DNA from: Bdellovibrionota bacterium
Lineage (GTDB): Bacteria; Bdellovibrionota_C; UBA2361; JBGSMV01
Length of the DNA: 64,000 nt
NCBI GenBank assembly: GCA_041739995.1
Contig: JBGSMV010000061.1
Coordinates: 1 to 64,000 of the forward strand
Reading direction: 5' to 3'
Shown here: piece by piece, positions 9,839 to 19,499 of the stretch
Layout of the letters: every line of letters starts with the position of its first letter
How positions within the stretch are numbered: position 1 is the first letter of the stretch
The notes under the pieces: generated by a model
Seen by the model: the letters and a program-made list of their open reading frames with translations, nothing else
Told to the model about the DNA's origin: nothing
Database searches by the model: none
Position numbers and translations under genes: made by a program

Positions 9839-10252
9839 ATGATGAGAATTTTAGTAGCCGAAGATGATGCAGTGAGTCAGAAAGTTCTTGCCAAGCTGCT
9901 TTTGCCTTTTGGGAAGGTCGATTGTGCTTCGGACGGGCAAGAGGCAATCGAGGCTATTCGTCGGGCGCACCAACAAAAGCAGCGCTACGATCTTGTGTGC
10001 CTCGATCTTATGATGCCGCACCATAGTGGGTTGGAAGTGCTACAAACCTTGCGTGAAATTGAAGCTGGAGAAGGAGTCGAAGAGTCGGCGGAAACTTGCG
10101 CACTTATGATAACAAGCACCGACGACAAGGAAATGTTTATCAAAGCCGTTACCAGCGGTTCCCAATGGTATGTGACTAAACCAGTGGAGCGGGTGAAGCT
10201 CTACGAGATTCTTGCCGACCTTGGATTCGAACCGAACAATTCAGAAGGCTAG
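9839..10252 (+). CDS. Single-domain response regulator
   Basis: ILVAEDD, LVCLDLMMP, MITS, YVTKP. Confidence 0.9.
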   Translation: MMRILVAEDDAVSQKVLAKLLLPFGKVDCASDGQEAIEAIRRAHQQKQRYDLVCLDLMMPHHSGLEVLQTLREIEAGEGVEESAETCALMITSTDDKEMFIKAVTSGSQWYVTKPVERVKLYEILADLGFEPNNSEG

Positions 10253-10253
10253 T

Positions 10254-10290
10254 CGCGAGACTCTGGGCCGCGAGACTCTGGGCCGCGAGA
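10254..10290. repeat. 15-bp tandem repeat CGCGAGACTCTGGGC, about 2.5 copies
   Basis: Read directly from the sequence. Confidence 0.85.
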
Positions 10291-10332
10291 TAGAGTCGAG
10301 TCCCAGAGTGTTGAACTCTAAAAGTCCGCTAA

Positions 10333-10635
10333 TTACTTCTTTGCGCCGCACCCGCACTTTTCTGAGGCTGCCCCGCTACAACTTGCTGGCTTGGTCGCAG
10401 CGTCTGCTGGCTTGGTAGCAGCGTCTGATGCAGTGCAGGCTGACTTTTTGCAACAACTACCCTTTGCTTTCGTGCAGGAACAATCTTCGCCCTTAGTGCA
10501 GGAAGTGCAGCTCTTGCAGGTATCGCAGTGGGCGCATGGTTTGGAGGCTGGACAAGTACTAGTTTTTGCGGAGTGGGTGCAGCCCGCAAGCAGAGGAATT
10601 ATCAGGAGAGAGAAGAGAGCGATTTTATGAATCAT
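10333..10635 (-). CDS. Cys-rich metallothionein-like lipoprotein, 100 aa
   Basis: GGAG RBS before ATG at 10635; lipobox LLAG-C; 14 further Cys in CxxC, CxC and CC motifs. Confidence 0.75.
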   Translation of the reverse strand: MIHKIALFSLLIIPLLAGCTHSAKTSTCPASKPCAHCDTCKSCTSCTKGEDCSCTKAKGSCCKKSACTASDAATKPADAATKPASCSGAASEKCGCGAKK

Positions 10636-10680
10636 TAGAAGGCTCCAAAAAATTGAGAAGGGTATCCCCATCAGGGTACT

Positions 10681-10707
10681 GAATCGGCTCAGAAGCGCAA
10701 GTTCTTA
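10681..10707 (-). promoter_or_regulatory. Sigma28 (FliA)-like promoter
   Basis: TAAG-N15-GCCGATTC on the minus strand, upstream of the Cys-rich lipoprotein. Confidence 0.45.
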
Positions 10708-10711
10708 GGGC

Positions 10712-12244
10712 CTATTTTGACAGAGTGTTCTCATTTTCACTGTTTGAATTGTTGGTGGTTCTACGAAACGCGACCACTCCGCCCTGAAGGGACGGCATGC
10801 TGGTGTGAAAGAGTTGATACTCAGACTGGAATGGCTCTTTGGATGTGACCGAGGAGAGTTCGCACCAACCCTTTGGGCTTATGAGCCAGTCGGGCTGATA
10901 GAGTCTTATCATCTGCGTAAGCCATCCAGTTGGATTCTCCTTTCTGATTGAGAGCAGTTCTTGAGAGGTAAGTCCTGCCGAGTCCAGAATAGTGGCCTGC
11001 GGGAGATGGAAGCCGAGTATTCCTGTCTCGCATAGAAAGACTCTCTCGCCTGGGACCACAACAGGTGCAAGCGTAGCGGCCATATCTTGGTAGGCAAGGT
11101 GTCTGGTCTGTTCTTGATCGAGAGAGCGCCCACGCCAAGCGAACTCGCCGATGCTGACCAAGGCGAGTGCGATAATCAAGTAGCGCGCGCCTGGCCCCTG
11201 CAGTAGCGCTCTTAGTGGCGGAGCGCTTCGTGACGAGCGGGCAAAGTCAAGAAAAGCGGGGATGCCAATAACTCCGCAGACTAGAGCTGGTGGCGCGATG
11301 TACCAGAAAAATATTGGCCGTACGCCAGAGAATAGCAGGCCAGCCAAATATGCCAGACACCACATCAGTGATATTCTGCACAGCGCAGCGCTGCGCGTTT
11401 GTGTAGCGCTAGACAAGATTAGTCCTGAGAATCCAAGCGCCATAAGAAGTAGGAGAGAAGGCGAGAGGAGCAAGAAGTGCGTGAGCACGGTTGCATTAAT
11501 CAGCAGTGAGCCGGGGTGAATAACCTGTTTTGCAGCGACTGAGTGGGGAAGCAAAGTGCCAAAGGTCTGCCAGCAGTACAGCAACCATGGGCCTAAGATC
11601 AGCATGCACACTCCGAGAACCACTGGAGCGGTGCGCTTAGAGTCTCGAAGTGAGAGGTAGAAGGAAATGACAAGCAGCACGGCACCGTCAGGACGTAAGA
11701 GGGTGGCGATGCTCGCTAGTGCCGCGCACCAGGCGAATCTTTTGCGCTCAAGCAGTAGCAGAACTCCAACTACAATCCCGCAATAAAGCCCGGTCTCCAT
11801 GCCTGAGACGCTTGAGACCTGAATGAAATAGCTTAAGAGTATAGTGGGAAAGATTGCAGCTGCCGCCATGAGTCCAAGTCGCGGAGCCCATAGTGAGTAC
11901 CCACCAATGGTAAGAACAAAAAAGATTGAGAAAAGCCCAGTCCAGAGCGCAAGTCTTTCCGGCGCGAGGCCAGCACGCATCGCCGCTGCTAGATAAATCG
12001 CAAAGCCTGGACTAGAAGTTCCCAGCACATTAGCAACGCCACTCGACTCAAATGGCGGATTGTAGCGAAGTTCGCCAAGCGCGGCGAGATTCTGGGCATA
12101 TCGAAAGGTGATGAAGGCGTCGTCCACGAGAGGTGGTGCGGACCATAGAGCTCCGGTGAGACAGGCGAGCGAAATGAATAACCACACCAAGAATGTGCTT
12201 AGGTCAGGGATAGTAGATTGCTTCGGCTTGCCGGTGGATTTCAT
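10712..12244 (-). CDS. Polytopic GT-C-fold membrane glycosyltransferase
   Basis: DDAFITFRYAQNL, GTSSP, SGMET, RPDG motifs; many TM helices; C-terminal DSAGL domain. Confidence 0.75.
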   Translation of the reverse strand: MKSTGKPKQSTIPDLSTFLVWLFISLACLTGALWSAPPLVDDAFITFRYAQNLAALGELRYNPPFESSGVANVLGTSSPGFAIYLAAAMRAGLAPERLALWTGLFSIFFVLTIGGYSLWAPRLGLMAAAAIFPTILLSYFIQVSSVSGMETGLYCGIVVGVLLLLERKRFAWCAALASIATLLRPDGAVLLVISFYLSLRDSKRTAPVVLGVCMLILGPWLLYCWQTFGTLLPHSVAAKQVIHPGSLLINATVLTHFLLLSPSLLLLMALGFSGLILSSATQTRSAALCRISLMWCLAYLAGLLFSGVRPIFFWYIAPPALVCGVIGIPAFLDFARSSRSAPPLRALLQGPGARYLIIALALVSIGEFAWRGRSLDQEQTRHLAYQDMAATLAPVVVPGERVFLCETGILGFHLPQATILDSAGLTSQELLSIRKENPTGWLTQMIRLYQPDWLISPKGWCELSSVTSKEPFQSEYQLFHTSMPSLQGGVVAFRRTTNNSNSENENTLSK

Positions 12245-12333
12245 GGGAGCGTGTACGCTCTATATACACAGCAGGCGCTGAAGACGCTACAGGCCTCAGA
12301 TGGGGACGTGAGAGCGGGAGCTCCCACTTGTGG

Positions 12334-12945
12334 TTAGCGACGAACAGTAATTCTTGCCTGGCCTCTCGCTCCCTCAACTGATCGAAGGATGACACGGAAT
12401 CTTCCGGTGGATCGGTAGCGATGAGCGCCAAAGACAGCAAACTCATTGGAGCTGGCCCCTGTCGATACTAGTGTCGATCGGGAAGATTTTCCGTCGCCCC
12501 ACCGTATACGCACGCGCTCAAGGTCTAAGTTGGGAGGGCCATCCGTAGTGAAGGTCCCTAGAAGCGCACTAATTTCTTGACCACGAGTAAAGGCAGGGGC
12601 TTTTAAATCGAAATACTCTGCTGAGGCGAACAATGAGGCGTAGAATCGCTCCTCTGAGTCGGTGCTCAAGCTTGTCACTCCTGCGCTCACCGCGCGGGAT
12701 CAGTACTCCGAAGTGCTGATAACGGCGACGGCCACAGCAGTTCTCCCACTTGAGTTAAGAGTGCTGGTGGATGAAGCTATTTCAGAAGAAGTGGGAGCTC
12801 GCTCTACAATCTGACGGTAAAACTCCGCTATGTAGCGCGTGCTTCGATTCATGGGGACTCGGTTAAAGCTTGTTTCGGCAGGGGATGCTGATGGAAATGC
12901 AAGGAACGAAAGCACGCAGATCCAGACGGCAAGGAAATATTTCAT
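12334..12945 (-). pseudogene. Secreted DUF4214-like plus PKD-like protein interrupted by an in-frame TGA (12700-12702)
   Basis: The two ORFs share a frame: ...STSEY*SRAVSAG...; signal peptide; WGDG...HRYRSTGRFRV PKD-like motif. Confidence 0.6.
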
Positions 12946-13070
12946 ATTGGTACTCCGATCGCTCGCCGCCTAATTGGCGAAACTTATTATGCTTCGGCTT
13001 AGATGTTGAAGGACTAAAGTGCTGCCAAGCAGCAAGTGGCTACGGTGGAGGCTTATGAAATCCCACGATG

Positions 13071-13268
13071 TTAGCGAGTGCTGTTTAAAGGACGGCGAAT
13101 TTTATTAGGGGGCAGCCGCACGCCAGGGCAGATCGTGGTAGGGAGGCTCGGGGCTTTATAGCAGCGGATCTTTGGCGCCTTTGTAGACGCAGAAGCGGGA
13201 GCCGCGGACACCAGGAGGCTGAGACAAATGGTGACTGCAATAAGATATGACATTCTGGAAAGTATCAT
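13071..13268 (-). CDS. Small secreted basic peptide, 65 aa
   Basis: Signal peptide ending ASA; mature part is K/R/P-rich with two Cys. Confidence 0.5.
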   Translation of the reverse strand: MILSRMSYLIAVTICLSLLVSAAPASASTKAPKIRCYKAPSLPTTICPGVRLPPNKIRRPLNSTR

Positions 13269-13476
13269 GGAGACTGTCCCCAGTTTTAATCGGTATAAGT
13301 TGTCCCGCCCGTCTTAAGTGGGGGAGTCGGCAGACATGCTATTGGCCTTGAGCTCAAAGCAGCTACTGACGTGAATCATTTGGAATTTAGGAGCGCTGTC
13401 TGCGATATTTTCGTATCCCAATCGTGCTTTGTAATACTTTCTCGCCCCGCTGCTTCGAATCAGGACTGCAAAGTGC

Positions 13477-14568
13477 GTGAGCTGGATCGAAGACGGTAGA
13501 GCGCTTCAGAAGAGGAGGCTAGAGAGGGCACATTTTTATGATGTTTTCTTCACGGAGGCTGCGGTGATTTCGACCCAGGATGCGACGAGTTTTCAACGTC
13601 ATGCTGAGTTGTTGCGCCAGCACTACCGACTTGGGCCTGAACTGATACCACAGCAGTTTCTGCGCGGAACGTCTTCTGAGTCTTGGAAAGTCTTGGACGT
13701 AGGAACAGGGAAGGTTCTTTGTCTTAGGGTTTGCGATCAATCGAAGCGTGCTGCGTCAGTTGAGGCAGAGCTTCTTTGGAGAGAGTCACTAAGGGCGCAC
13801 TCTCGTGCACCTATTGCAAGTGTTGTTTATACCAATACAGGAGAGCCAGTAGTTCAACTACTCGGACAAGAGGGGCTCACGCTCAATCTAGAAGAGTTCA
13901 TCACTTCGGATACTAACTTCGATTTCCCGCCGCTGCTCAGTGCAACCGATAGAGCGGCGGCAGCAGGGCTGACACTGGCTGATTTACATCGTGCAGGGCA
14001 GGCGGCAGTTATGGGGGGGGCATCAATCCCTCAGGGTAGAGGATTCTCCACTCAGGATTTAGGTCGATCCTTAGCCGCTTCTTCCCATTTTGACTGCGAT
14101 TCTCGCGCTGAACTAAAGGAGATTTGGTCGACCGTATTCTGTGAGTGGCAGGAGGTAGCCTCGGGGCTTCCGCAGGTAGTCATTCATGGAGATTTTCACC
14201 CTGGAAATTGCGCGTGGAGGTCGGGAGAGTGCGTAGGGGTATTTGACTTCGAGTACGCCAGAAAGGACTCGAGAATTCTGGATGTTGCCTACGCAATTCT
14301 TTTCTTCTGCGTCGATTGGACATCGGCAAAGGTAGCGGTTGATGAGCAGAGTCTTTCCAAGCTCGTTCGGAGTTATGAGGAAATAGCTGCGGGTTCGGAA
14401 GAGGGCAGGTTTTCTGTCGCAGAATCTGCTGCACTGACACTGGCAATTCGATTTGTGACGGTTGGTTGCTGGTGCTGGGCAATCGAAGCACGAGCGCAGG
14501 GCCGGATTTCCTCACGCTTTGAACTTGCCTGTCGAGATCTAAGCCGAATCTCTTTTTCGGCATGTTGA
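13477..14568 (+). CDS. APH-family phosphotransferase (homoserine kinase type II-like)
   Basis: LADLH, VIHGDFHPGN (Brenner motif), VFDFE. Confidence 0.8.
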   Translation: MSWIEDGRALQKRRLERAHFYDVFFTEAAVISTQDATSFQRHAELLRQHYRLGPELIPQQFLRGTSSESWKVLDVGTGKVLCLRVCDQSKRAASVEAELLWRESLRAHSRAPIASVVYTNTGEPVVQLLGQEGLTLNLEEFITSDTNFDFPPLLSATDRAAAAGLTLADLHRAGQAAVMGGASIPQGRGFSTQDLGRSLAASSHFDCDSRAELKEIWSTVFCEWQEVASGLPQVVIHGDFHPGNCAWRSGECVGVFDFEYARKDSRILDVAYAILFFCVDWTSAKVAVDEQSLSKLVRSYEEIAAGSEEGRFSVAESAALTLAIRFVTVGCWCWAIEARAQGRISSRFELACRDLSRISFSAC

Positions 14569-14641
14569 GAAATGTGTAAGCGCCCCCATCTCTTTGGCTC
14601 AGTGGTTTTTACTCTTGGGTCTCTCCTGAAGCCGTCCCGGG

Positions 14642-14675
14642 AAGCCCTCGTGCTCTAAAAGCCCTCGTGCTCTAA
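14642..14675. repeat. 17-bp perfect tandem duplication AAGCCCTCGTGCTCTAA, 2 copies
   Basis: Read directly; overlaps the stop codon of the ion-channel gene. Confidence 0.85.
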
Positions 14676-15799
14676 AAGAAGGTGAACGCAACTATCGAGA
14701 TCGCTAGCAGAGATCCAAAATAGCTTAAGGGGAAAAGAAATCTACAGCGACGGTCAATGATATCTCCCAGGTTAGAACGTCCTCGTCGATCGCAAGAGCC
14801 TACCACAAGGTTGATGACCACGGTGGCGCACATGGCGAGAAAGCTTAGGTTCAAGAATCCATTCATGAGAGTTACATACGAAATGTGTGGCAATATATCG
14901 CCAACCACAATTTGATATGCCACGGCAGTCAGAATTCCCACGAAAGAAATGTTTAGGCGATCTCCCAGTGAGGCCCGGTCCATCCAAAACACCGTCCAGG
15001 AGAGCATGACAATCATCATCAGTGGGACTACGACGAGCCGTACCATGAAGAGAGATTGGCGCTGAACTTCGATGACCGCGGTGAAGGTTGAAGTTCGACC
15101 AAGCTTTCCCGCATAGGGCGCGGGTTGTTCACCGACTATGGTGCGGATGTCCTTAATCTCCCACTGTGAAATGTGGATGGTTCTTTGTTGAGAATCGAGG
15201 TGGTCCTCTGCTGCTTGGAGCAGCACTTCTTCAGTATCAAATCCGAGGATTTCGAAGACGGCAGTTAGCTTCTGAGTATCAAAGGGATAGCGCCGCATAC
15301 TAAGATTGACTTCAGCGACCGCATTTATAGTTTGTACCAGCGTGCTCGATCCGTCCGGAAGGACTCGAAGTAGTGTGGACCTTGTCTCATAAAGGCCAGA
15401 TTCGTTCGCTAAGGCGACCTGCGGATACCAGGCAGGAGAAATCTCGTTGAACTGAAAATCGCCTTGAAAGATCTGCTCCTTTACTTCTGCCGTTGCAGGA
15501 TCGAAGGCCTGCCGAGAATCTTGCCACTTGAGCGTAAGAATTCCGGCAAACTCAAAGGTCTCTTCTTCGTCATCGACGGCGTTGATGTCCTGTAAATGAA
15601 AGCTGGCCGTAACGATCGTGGGCCCTTCACCCGGAGGAGGGCCCAGATAGAAAGTTTTGCTACGAAGAGACTGCGAAGAATTTGACGCTAGATTGGCATT
15701 AGCTTGCGCTGAACCAGTATTCGCTTGAGAAAAGGCTACTGGCGAGAGGCAAAGCAACAGCGCTAACAACGCCATGAATGTTCGAGTCGCTACAAGCAC
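14672..15799 (-). CDS. Prokaryotic pentameric ligand-gated ion channel (GLIC/ELIC-like)
   Basis: Signal peptide; WQDSR, WYPQ, Pro-loop RRYPFDTQ, QWEI; four TM helices with a Pro in M1, LTAVAY in M2, LPHISYVT M2-M3 loop. Confidence 0.9.
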   Translation of the reverse strand: MLVATRTFMALLALLLCLSPVAFSQANTGSAQANANLASNSSQSLRSKTFYLGPPPGEGPTIVTASFHLQDINAVDDEEETFEFAGILTLKWQDSRQAFDPATAEVKEQIFQGDFQFNEISPAWYPQVALANESGLYETRSTLLRVLPDGSSTLVQTINAVAEVNLSMRRYPFDTQKLTAVFEILGFDTEEVLLQAAEDHLDSQQRTIHISQWEIKDIRTIVGEQPAPYAGKLGRTSTFTAVIEVQRQSLFMVRLVVVPLMMIVMLSWTVFWMDRASLGDRLNISFVGILTAVAYQIVVGDILPHISYVTLMNGFLNLSFLAMCATVVINLVVGSCDRRGRSNLGDIIDRRCRFLFPLSYFGSLLAISIVAFTFF

Positions 15800-15952
15800 T
15801 AGTGCTCTCCTACTAGGACTGAATTATAACCTGTTCGACCAAGGAGTTCCTGACTGGGTACTTACTACTCGCTCAGGGCTGGATGGTAAAGTCTAGATCG
15901 GGAGAACTTTCCTCGGGTCTCGCGAGGCCAGTGCAGAGAAATCCGCGCAAAG

Positions 15953-15990
15953 AAAAAAGCCCGACCGAGATTGCTCTCGACCGGGCTTTT
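15953..15990 (-). terminator. Intrinsic terminator after groEL
   Basis: Minus strand AAAAGCCCGGTCGAGA-GCAA-TCTCGGTCGGGCTTTTTT. Confidence 0.85.
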
Positions 15991-16042
15991 CGTTTTTGTG
16001 AGCGACGAAAGTTCGTTGCTCACGGAATCGGGCGATTCCGAA

Positions 16043-17689
16043 TTACATCATGCCGCCCATTCCTCCCATGCCGCCCATTCCACCGCCGTGGGAATGGCCA
16101 TGCTCTTCCTTGTCCTTTGGAAGGTCAGAGATGACCGCCTGGGTGGTGAGCATCAAACCTGCTACTGAAGCAGCGTTCTGCAGAGCAGTACGCACTACCT
16201 TCACAGGGTCAATGACGCCAGCCTTCACAAGATCCTCGTACTCAAGAGTGGAGGCATTGAAGCCGTATCCACCCTTCTGCGAGCGAACCTGATTGACCAC
16301 AACTGCGGGCTCAGCACCAGCGTTCTGAGCAATGGTACGAAGAGGGGCTTCGCAAGCTTGACGTACAATTCGTACACCAAAGCGCTGCTCTTCATCTTCC
16401 ATCTTGAGCTTCTCGAGACGTTCGATCGAACGGATGAGAGCGACGCCGCCGCCTGGGACGATGCCTTCTTCAACCGCAGCACGGGTTGCATGCAGAGCAT
16501 CTTCAACGCGAGCCTTCTTCTCTTTCATCTCAACTTCAGTTGCGGCACCAACATGGATAACCGCGACGCCACCAACAAGCTTCGCAAGTCGCTCTTGGAG
16601 CTTCTCGCGGTCATAGTCAGATGAAGTCTCGTCGATCTGAGCACGAAGCTGGTCAACACGAGCCTTGATGTCGTCGCGCTTTCCGCTTCCGTCGATCACG
16701 GTGGTGTTATCTTTGTCGATTACGACTCTCTTGGCTCGGCCGAGTTCTGAGAGAGTGATGCTCTCAAGCTTGATGCCAAGATCTTCAGAGATACACTTTC
16801 CGCCAGTGAGGATAGCAATGTCTTCGAGCATCGCCTTGCGACGATCGCCGAATCCAGGAGCTTTAACCGCACAGACTTGAAGAGTGCCACGGATCTTGTT
16901 CACTACGAGAGTGGCAAGAGCCTCGCCCTCAACTTCTTCAGCAATGATCAAAAGCGGACGACCGCCTTTGGCTACTTGCTCAAGAACTGGCAGAAGATCC
17001 TTCATGCTCGAGATCTTCTTCTCGTTGATGAGGATGTATGGGTTCTCAAGCTCAGTCTCCATCCGGTCTGGATTGGTGACGAAGTATGGTGAGAGGTAAC
17101 CACGGTCGAATTGCATACCTTCAACCACTTCAAGAGTGGTATCGAGGCCCTTTGCTTCTTCGACGGTGATAACGCCTTCCTTGCCAACCTTCTCCATTGC
17201 TTCAGCGATGATATCGCCGATTTCTGTGTCGGAGTTAGCAGAGATTGAACCAACTTGTGCGATCTCTTTCTTGCCCTTGGTAGGGGTGCTCATGGAGCGG
17301 AGGTGTTCGACAACCTCCTTCACCGCGATATCAATACCGCGCTTAAGCGACATTGGATCATGCCCAGCAGCAACAAGCTTCAACCCTTCGGTGAAGATTG
17401 AGGCAGCAAGAACGGTGGCGGTGGTTGTTCCGTCGCCTGCAACATCAGAGGTCTTAGAAGCAACTTCCTTAACCAATTGTGCACCGATGTTCTCAAGTTT
17501 ATCTTGAAGCTCTACTTCCTTCGCTACGGTGACGCCGTCCTTGGTGTCGGTAGGAGCGCCGAAGCTCTTTTCGATCACTACGTTACGACCACGGGGCCCC
17601 ATCGTGACACTTACTGCGTCAGACAGGATTTTTACGCCACGGAGAATGCTCTCGCGTGCGTCCATTTCAAAGGTAACTTTCTTTGCCAT
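16043..17689 (-). CDS. groL: Chaperonin GroEL
   Basis: MAKKVTF..., [35 protein letters not shown] tail; start reassigned to ATG at 17689. Confidence 0.98.
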   Translation of the reverse strand: MAKKVTFEMDARESILRGVKILSDAVSVTMGPRGRNVVIEKSFGAPTDTKDGVTVAKEVELQDKLENIGAQLVKEVASKTSDVAGDGTTTATVLAASIFTEGLKLVAAGHDPMSLKRGIDIAVKEVVEHLRSMSTPTKGKKEIAQVGSISANSDTEIGDIIAEAMEKVGKEGVITVEEAKGLDTTLEVVEGMQFDRGYLSPYFVTNPDRMETELENPYILINEKKISSMKDLLPVLEQVAKGGRPLLIIAEEVEGEALATLVVNKIRGTLQVCAVKAPGFGDRRKAMLEDIAILTGGKCISEDLGIKLESITLSELGRAKRVVIDKDNTTVIDGSGKRDDIKARVDQLRAQIDETSSDYDREKLQERLAKLVGGVAVIHVGAATEVEMKEKKARVEDALHATRAAVEEGIVPGGGVALIRSIERLEKLKMEDEEQRFGVRIVRQACEAPLRTIAQNAGAEPAVVVNQVRSQKGGYGFNASTLEYEDLVKAGVIDPVKVVRTALQNAASVAGLMLTTQAVISDLPKDKEEHGHSHGGGMGGMGGMGGMM

Positions 17690-17747
17690 ATGCTTCCTTA
17701 ATTTTCCTATTATCTGTTCTCTCAAAAATGACTGAGAGAGTTATTAG

Positions 17748-18053
17748 TTAGGCTTCAACGATTCCGAGAACATCCTCTTCGCGCATGATCAAGAGTTCGT
17801 TTCCGTCGATCTTAATCTCAGTGCCTGAGTACTTTCCGAAAAGAATTTTATCTCCAGCCTTAACGTCGAGAGTTTGAATGGTGCCATCCTCGCGGACACG
17901 GCCCTTTCCAACTGATACTACTCGACCCTGCTGGGGCTTCTCTTTTGCGCTGTCGGGGATAAAAAGCCCACCAGCTGTTTTCTCGTCTCCTTCAAGACGC
18001 TCAACGATTAGTCGGTCGTGCAAAGGTCTGATCTTTGACTTGTTACTTGCCAT
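17748..18053 (-). CDS. groS: Co-chaperonin GroES
   Basis: [24 protein letters not shown]; start at ATG 18053 after a GGAG RBS. Confidence 0.97.
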   Translation of the reverse strand: MASNKSKIRPLHDRLIVERLEGDEKTAGGLFIPDSAKEKPQQGRVVSVGKGRVREDGTIQTLDVKAGDKILFGKYSGTEIKIDGNELLIMREEDVLGIVEA

Positions 18054-18394
18054 CGTCCGGATTCTCCAATGTTTAGGACTACAGTTGTTTCGATTTTCCT
18101 TAACGTCGCCTGCTTGTGGCTGACATGAATCGGTTATCAAGGACAAACGAACACATCGCGGGACGTTTGGTGGGCGGCTATTCGCTACCCTCCAAAGCCC
18201 CATTCTCGTGTCTCGGTTTTGCGCCTGACACCGCTTCTTCGTATCCACAAGATCCCAGTGCGGAAAATAGCTGAGAAGCACTTTTAAGTTTTCTGCGCTT
18301 CTCACTATAGATGTCTTCCTTCAGAGGACATCTGATGGGAGCCATTATCGCTGCCTCGCTCTCCCGCCGGGGACCGACATTTGCGGCCCCTATG

Positions 18395-18423
18395 GTATGG
18401 ACACCCGTGGCCTTAATTTCAAG
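18395..18423 (-). promoter_or_regulatory. Sigma32 (RpoH)-like promoter for groESL
   Basis: CTTGAA-N15-GTCCATAC against the consensus CTTGAA-N13-15-CCCCATNT. Confidence 0.4.
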
Positions 18424-18506
18424 GGCGTGGAGCTTATTTTTTGAGAGTTCTCGGCCCCCTCGTAATCTATTGAAAATGCTTCATAAACGTGAAAGCTTGA
18501 GCTCAC

Positions 18507-19472
18507 ATGGCAGCTAATTTCCCCAATTCGACCAGACCAATGCATGCGTCGACTTCGTCAAAAGGCGCTTTATTCGGCGATTTGACGCTTGCGGTTGCCG
18601 CGTTCTCATCTCCAACAGAGCGCCAGCGGATGGAATGTGCCCTCATTGAGTTGACTCGTCTCGGCGTTTCAACTCGTACGGTGCTCGATCCTTCAGCGGC
18701 GTACGGAAGAGACGAATTTCTCTTTGCCAGTGATAGTCCTGAAAATCGCGCCAAGGCGCTGCATGACCTTGCTACTGATCCGTCCGTAGGAGTGATTATG
18801 GCTGCGCGCGGAGGTAGCGGTGCCATGGAGATGTTGCCGCTGCTTGATTGGAAGTTGTTAGCGAAACACCCAAAGCCACTAATTGGCTTTTCTGATAGCA
18901 CCGCCTTGCTGGTGACTCTGCTTAACCGAGCAGGATGGCCAACCATGCATGGTCCTTCATTAGAAGGGGCGTTTGCTCAAGCCGAGAATTCTGTTGCTCA
19001 CAGAACCAGCGGCGAGAAGGCAATCTCGTACTTACGTGGTTCATCCGAAGCACTCGAAGGGGTGCGGGTGAAACGTTTATGTGGCGCGGGAGATGCAGTC
19101 GGTCCCATTATTGGGGGGAATCTCTCCACGCTGACTTCTTTAGTGGGAGCTCCGTGGCAACCGAACGTTCGCGGGGGAATTTTGTTTCTGGAAGAAGTGG
19201 GAGAGCGTCCGTACCGAATTCAGCGCATGTTGATGCAGTTAAAACATGCTGGAGTATTGGATGGACTTACGGGAGTGCTACTGGGAAATTTCTCGCAGTG
19301 CGAGCATCCTACGGGCGCTGGTCCAAGTGCAGAGACGGTTTTGAAGGCCGAACTTTCTGGCTTAAACGTGCCTGTCTTTGGGTATGTTGAATCAGGGCAC
19401 TGCCCAACTAACCTCGTCGTGCCGTTTGGTCGCACGGCGAAAATTTCAGAATCTGCGATTGTCTTTCAGTAG
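18507..19472 (+). CDS. ldcA: LD-carboxypeptidase (peptidase S66)
   Basis: ARGGSG, IGFSDST (Ser), HGP, GGNLS, LFLEEVGE (Glu), SGH (His). Confidence 0.88.
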   Translation: MAANFPNSTRPMHASTSSKGALFGDLTLAVAAFSSPTERQRMECALIELTRLGVSTRTVLDPSAAYGRDEFLFASDSPENRAKALHDLATDPSVGVIMAARGGSGAMEMLPLLDWKLLAKHPKPLIGFSDSTALLVTLLNRAGWPTMHGPSLEGAFAQAENSVAHRTSGEKAISYLRGSSEALEGVRVKRLCGAGDAVGPIIGGNLSTLTSLVGAPWQPNVRGGILFLEEVGERPYRIQRMLMQLKHAGVLDGLTGVLLGNFSQCEHPTGAGPSAETVLKAELSGLNVPVFGYVESGHCPTNLVVPFGRTAKISESAIVFQ

Positions 19473-19499
19473 CATCTAGTGTTCTGAAGTTGAGAGTTC

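Noticed and set aside
12700..12702. Genome-wide TGA recoding (code 4 or 25)
   Set aside because: Conserved genes contain no internal TGA, and nagZ and the spoIID-like gene end at TGA at the expected positions
18054..18305. N-terminal extension of GroES in the ORF track
   Set aside because: Homology starts at [11 protein letters not shown] (18053), which has its own RBS
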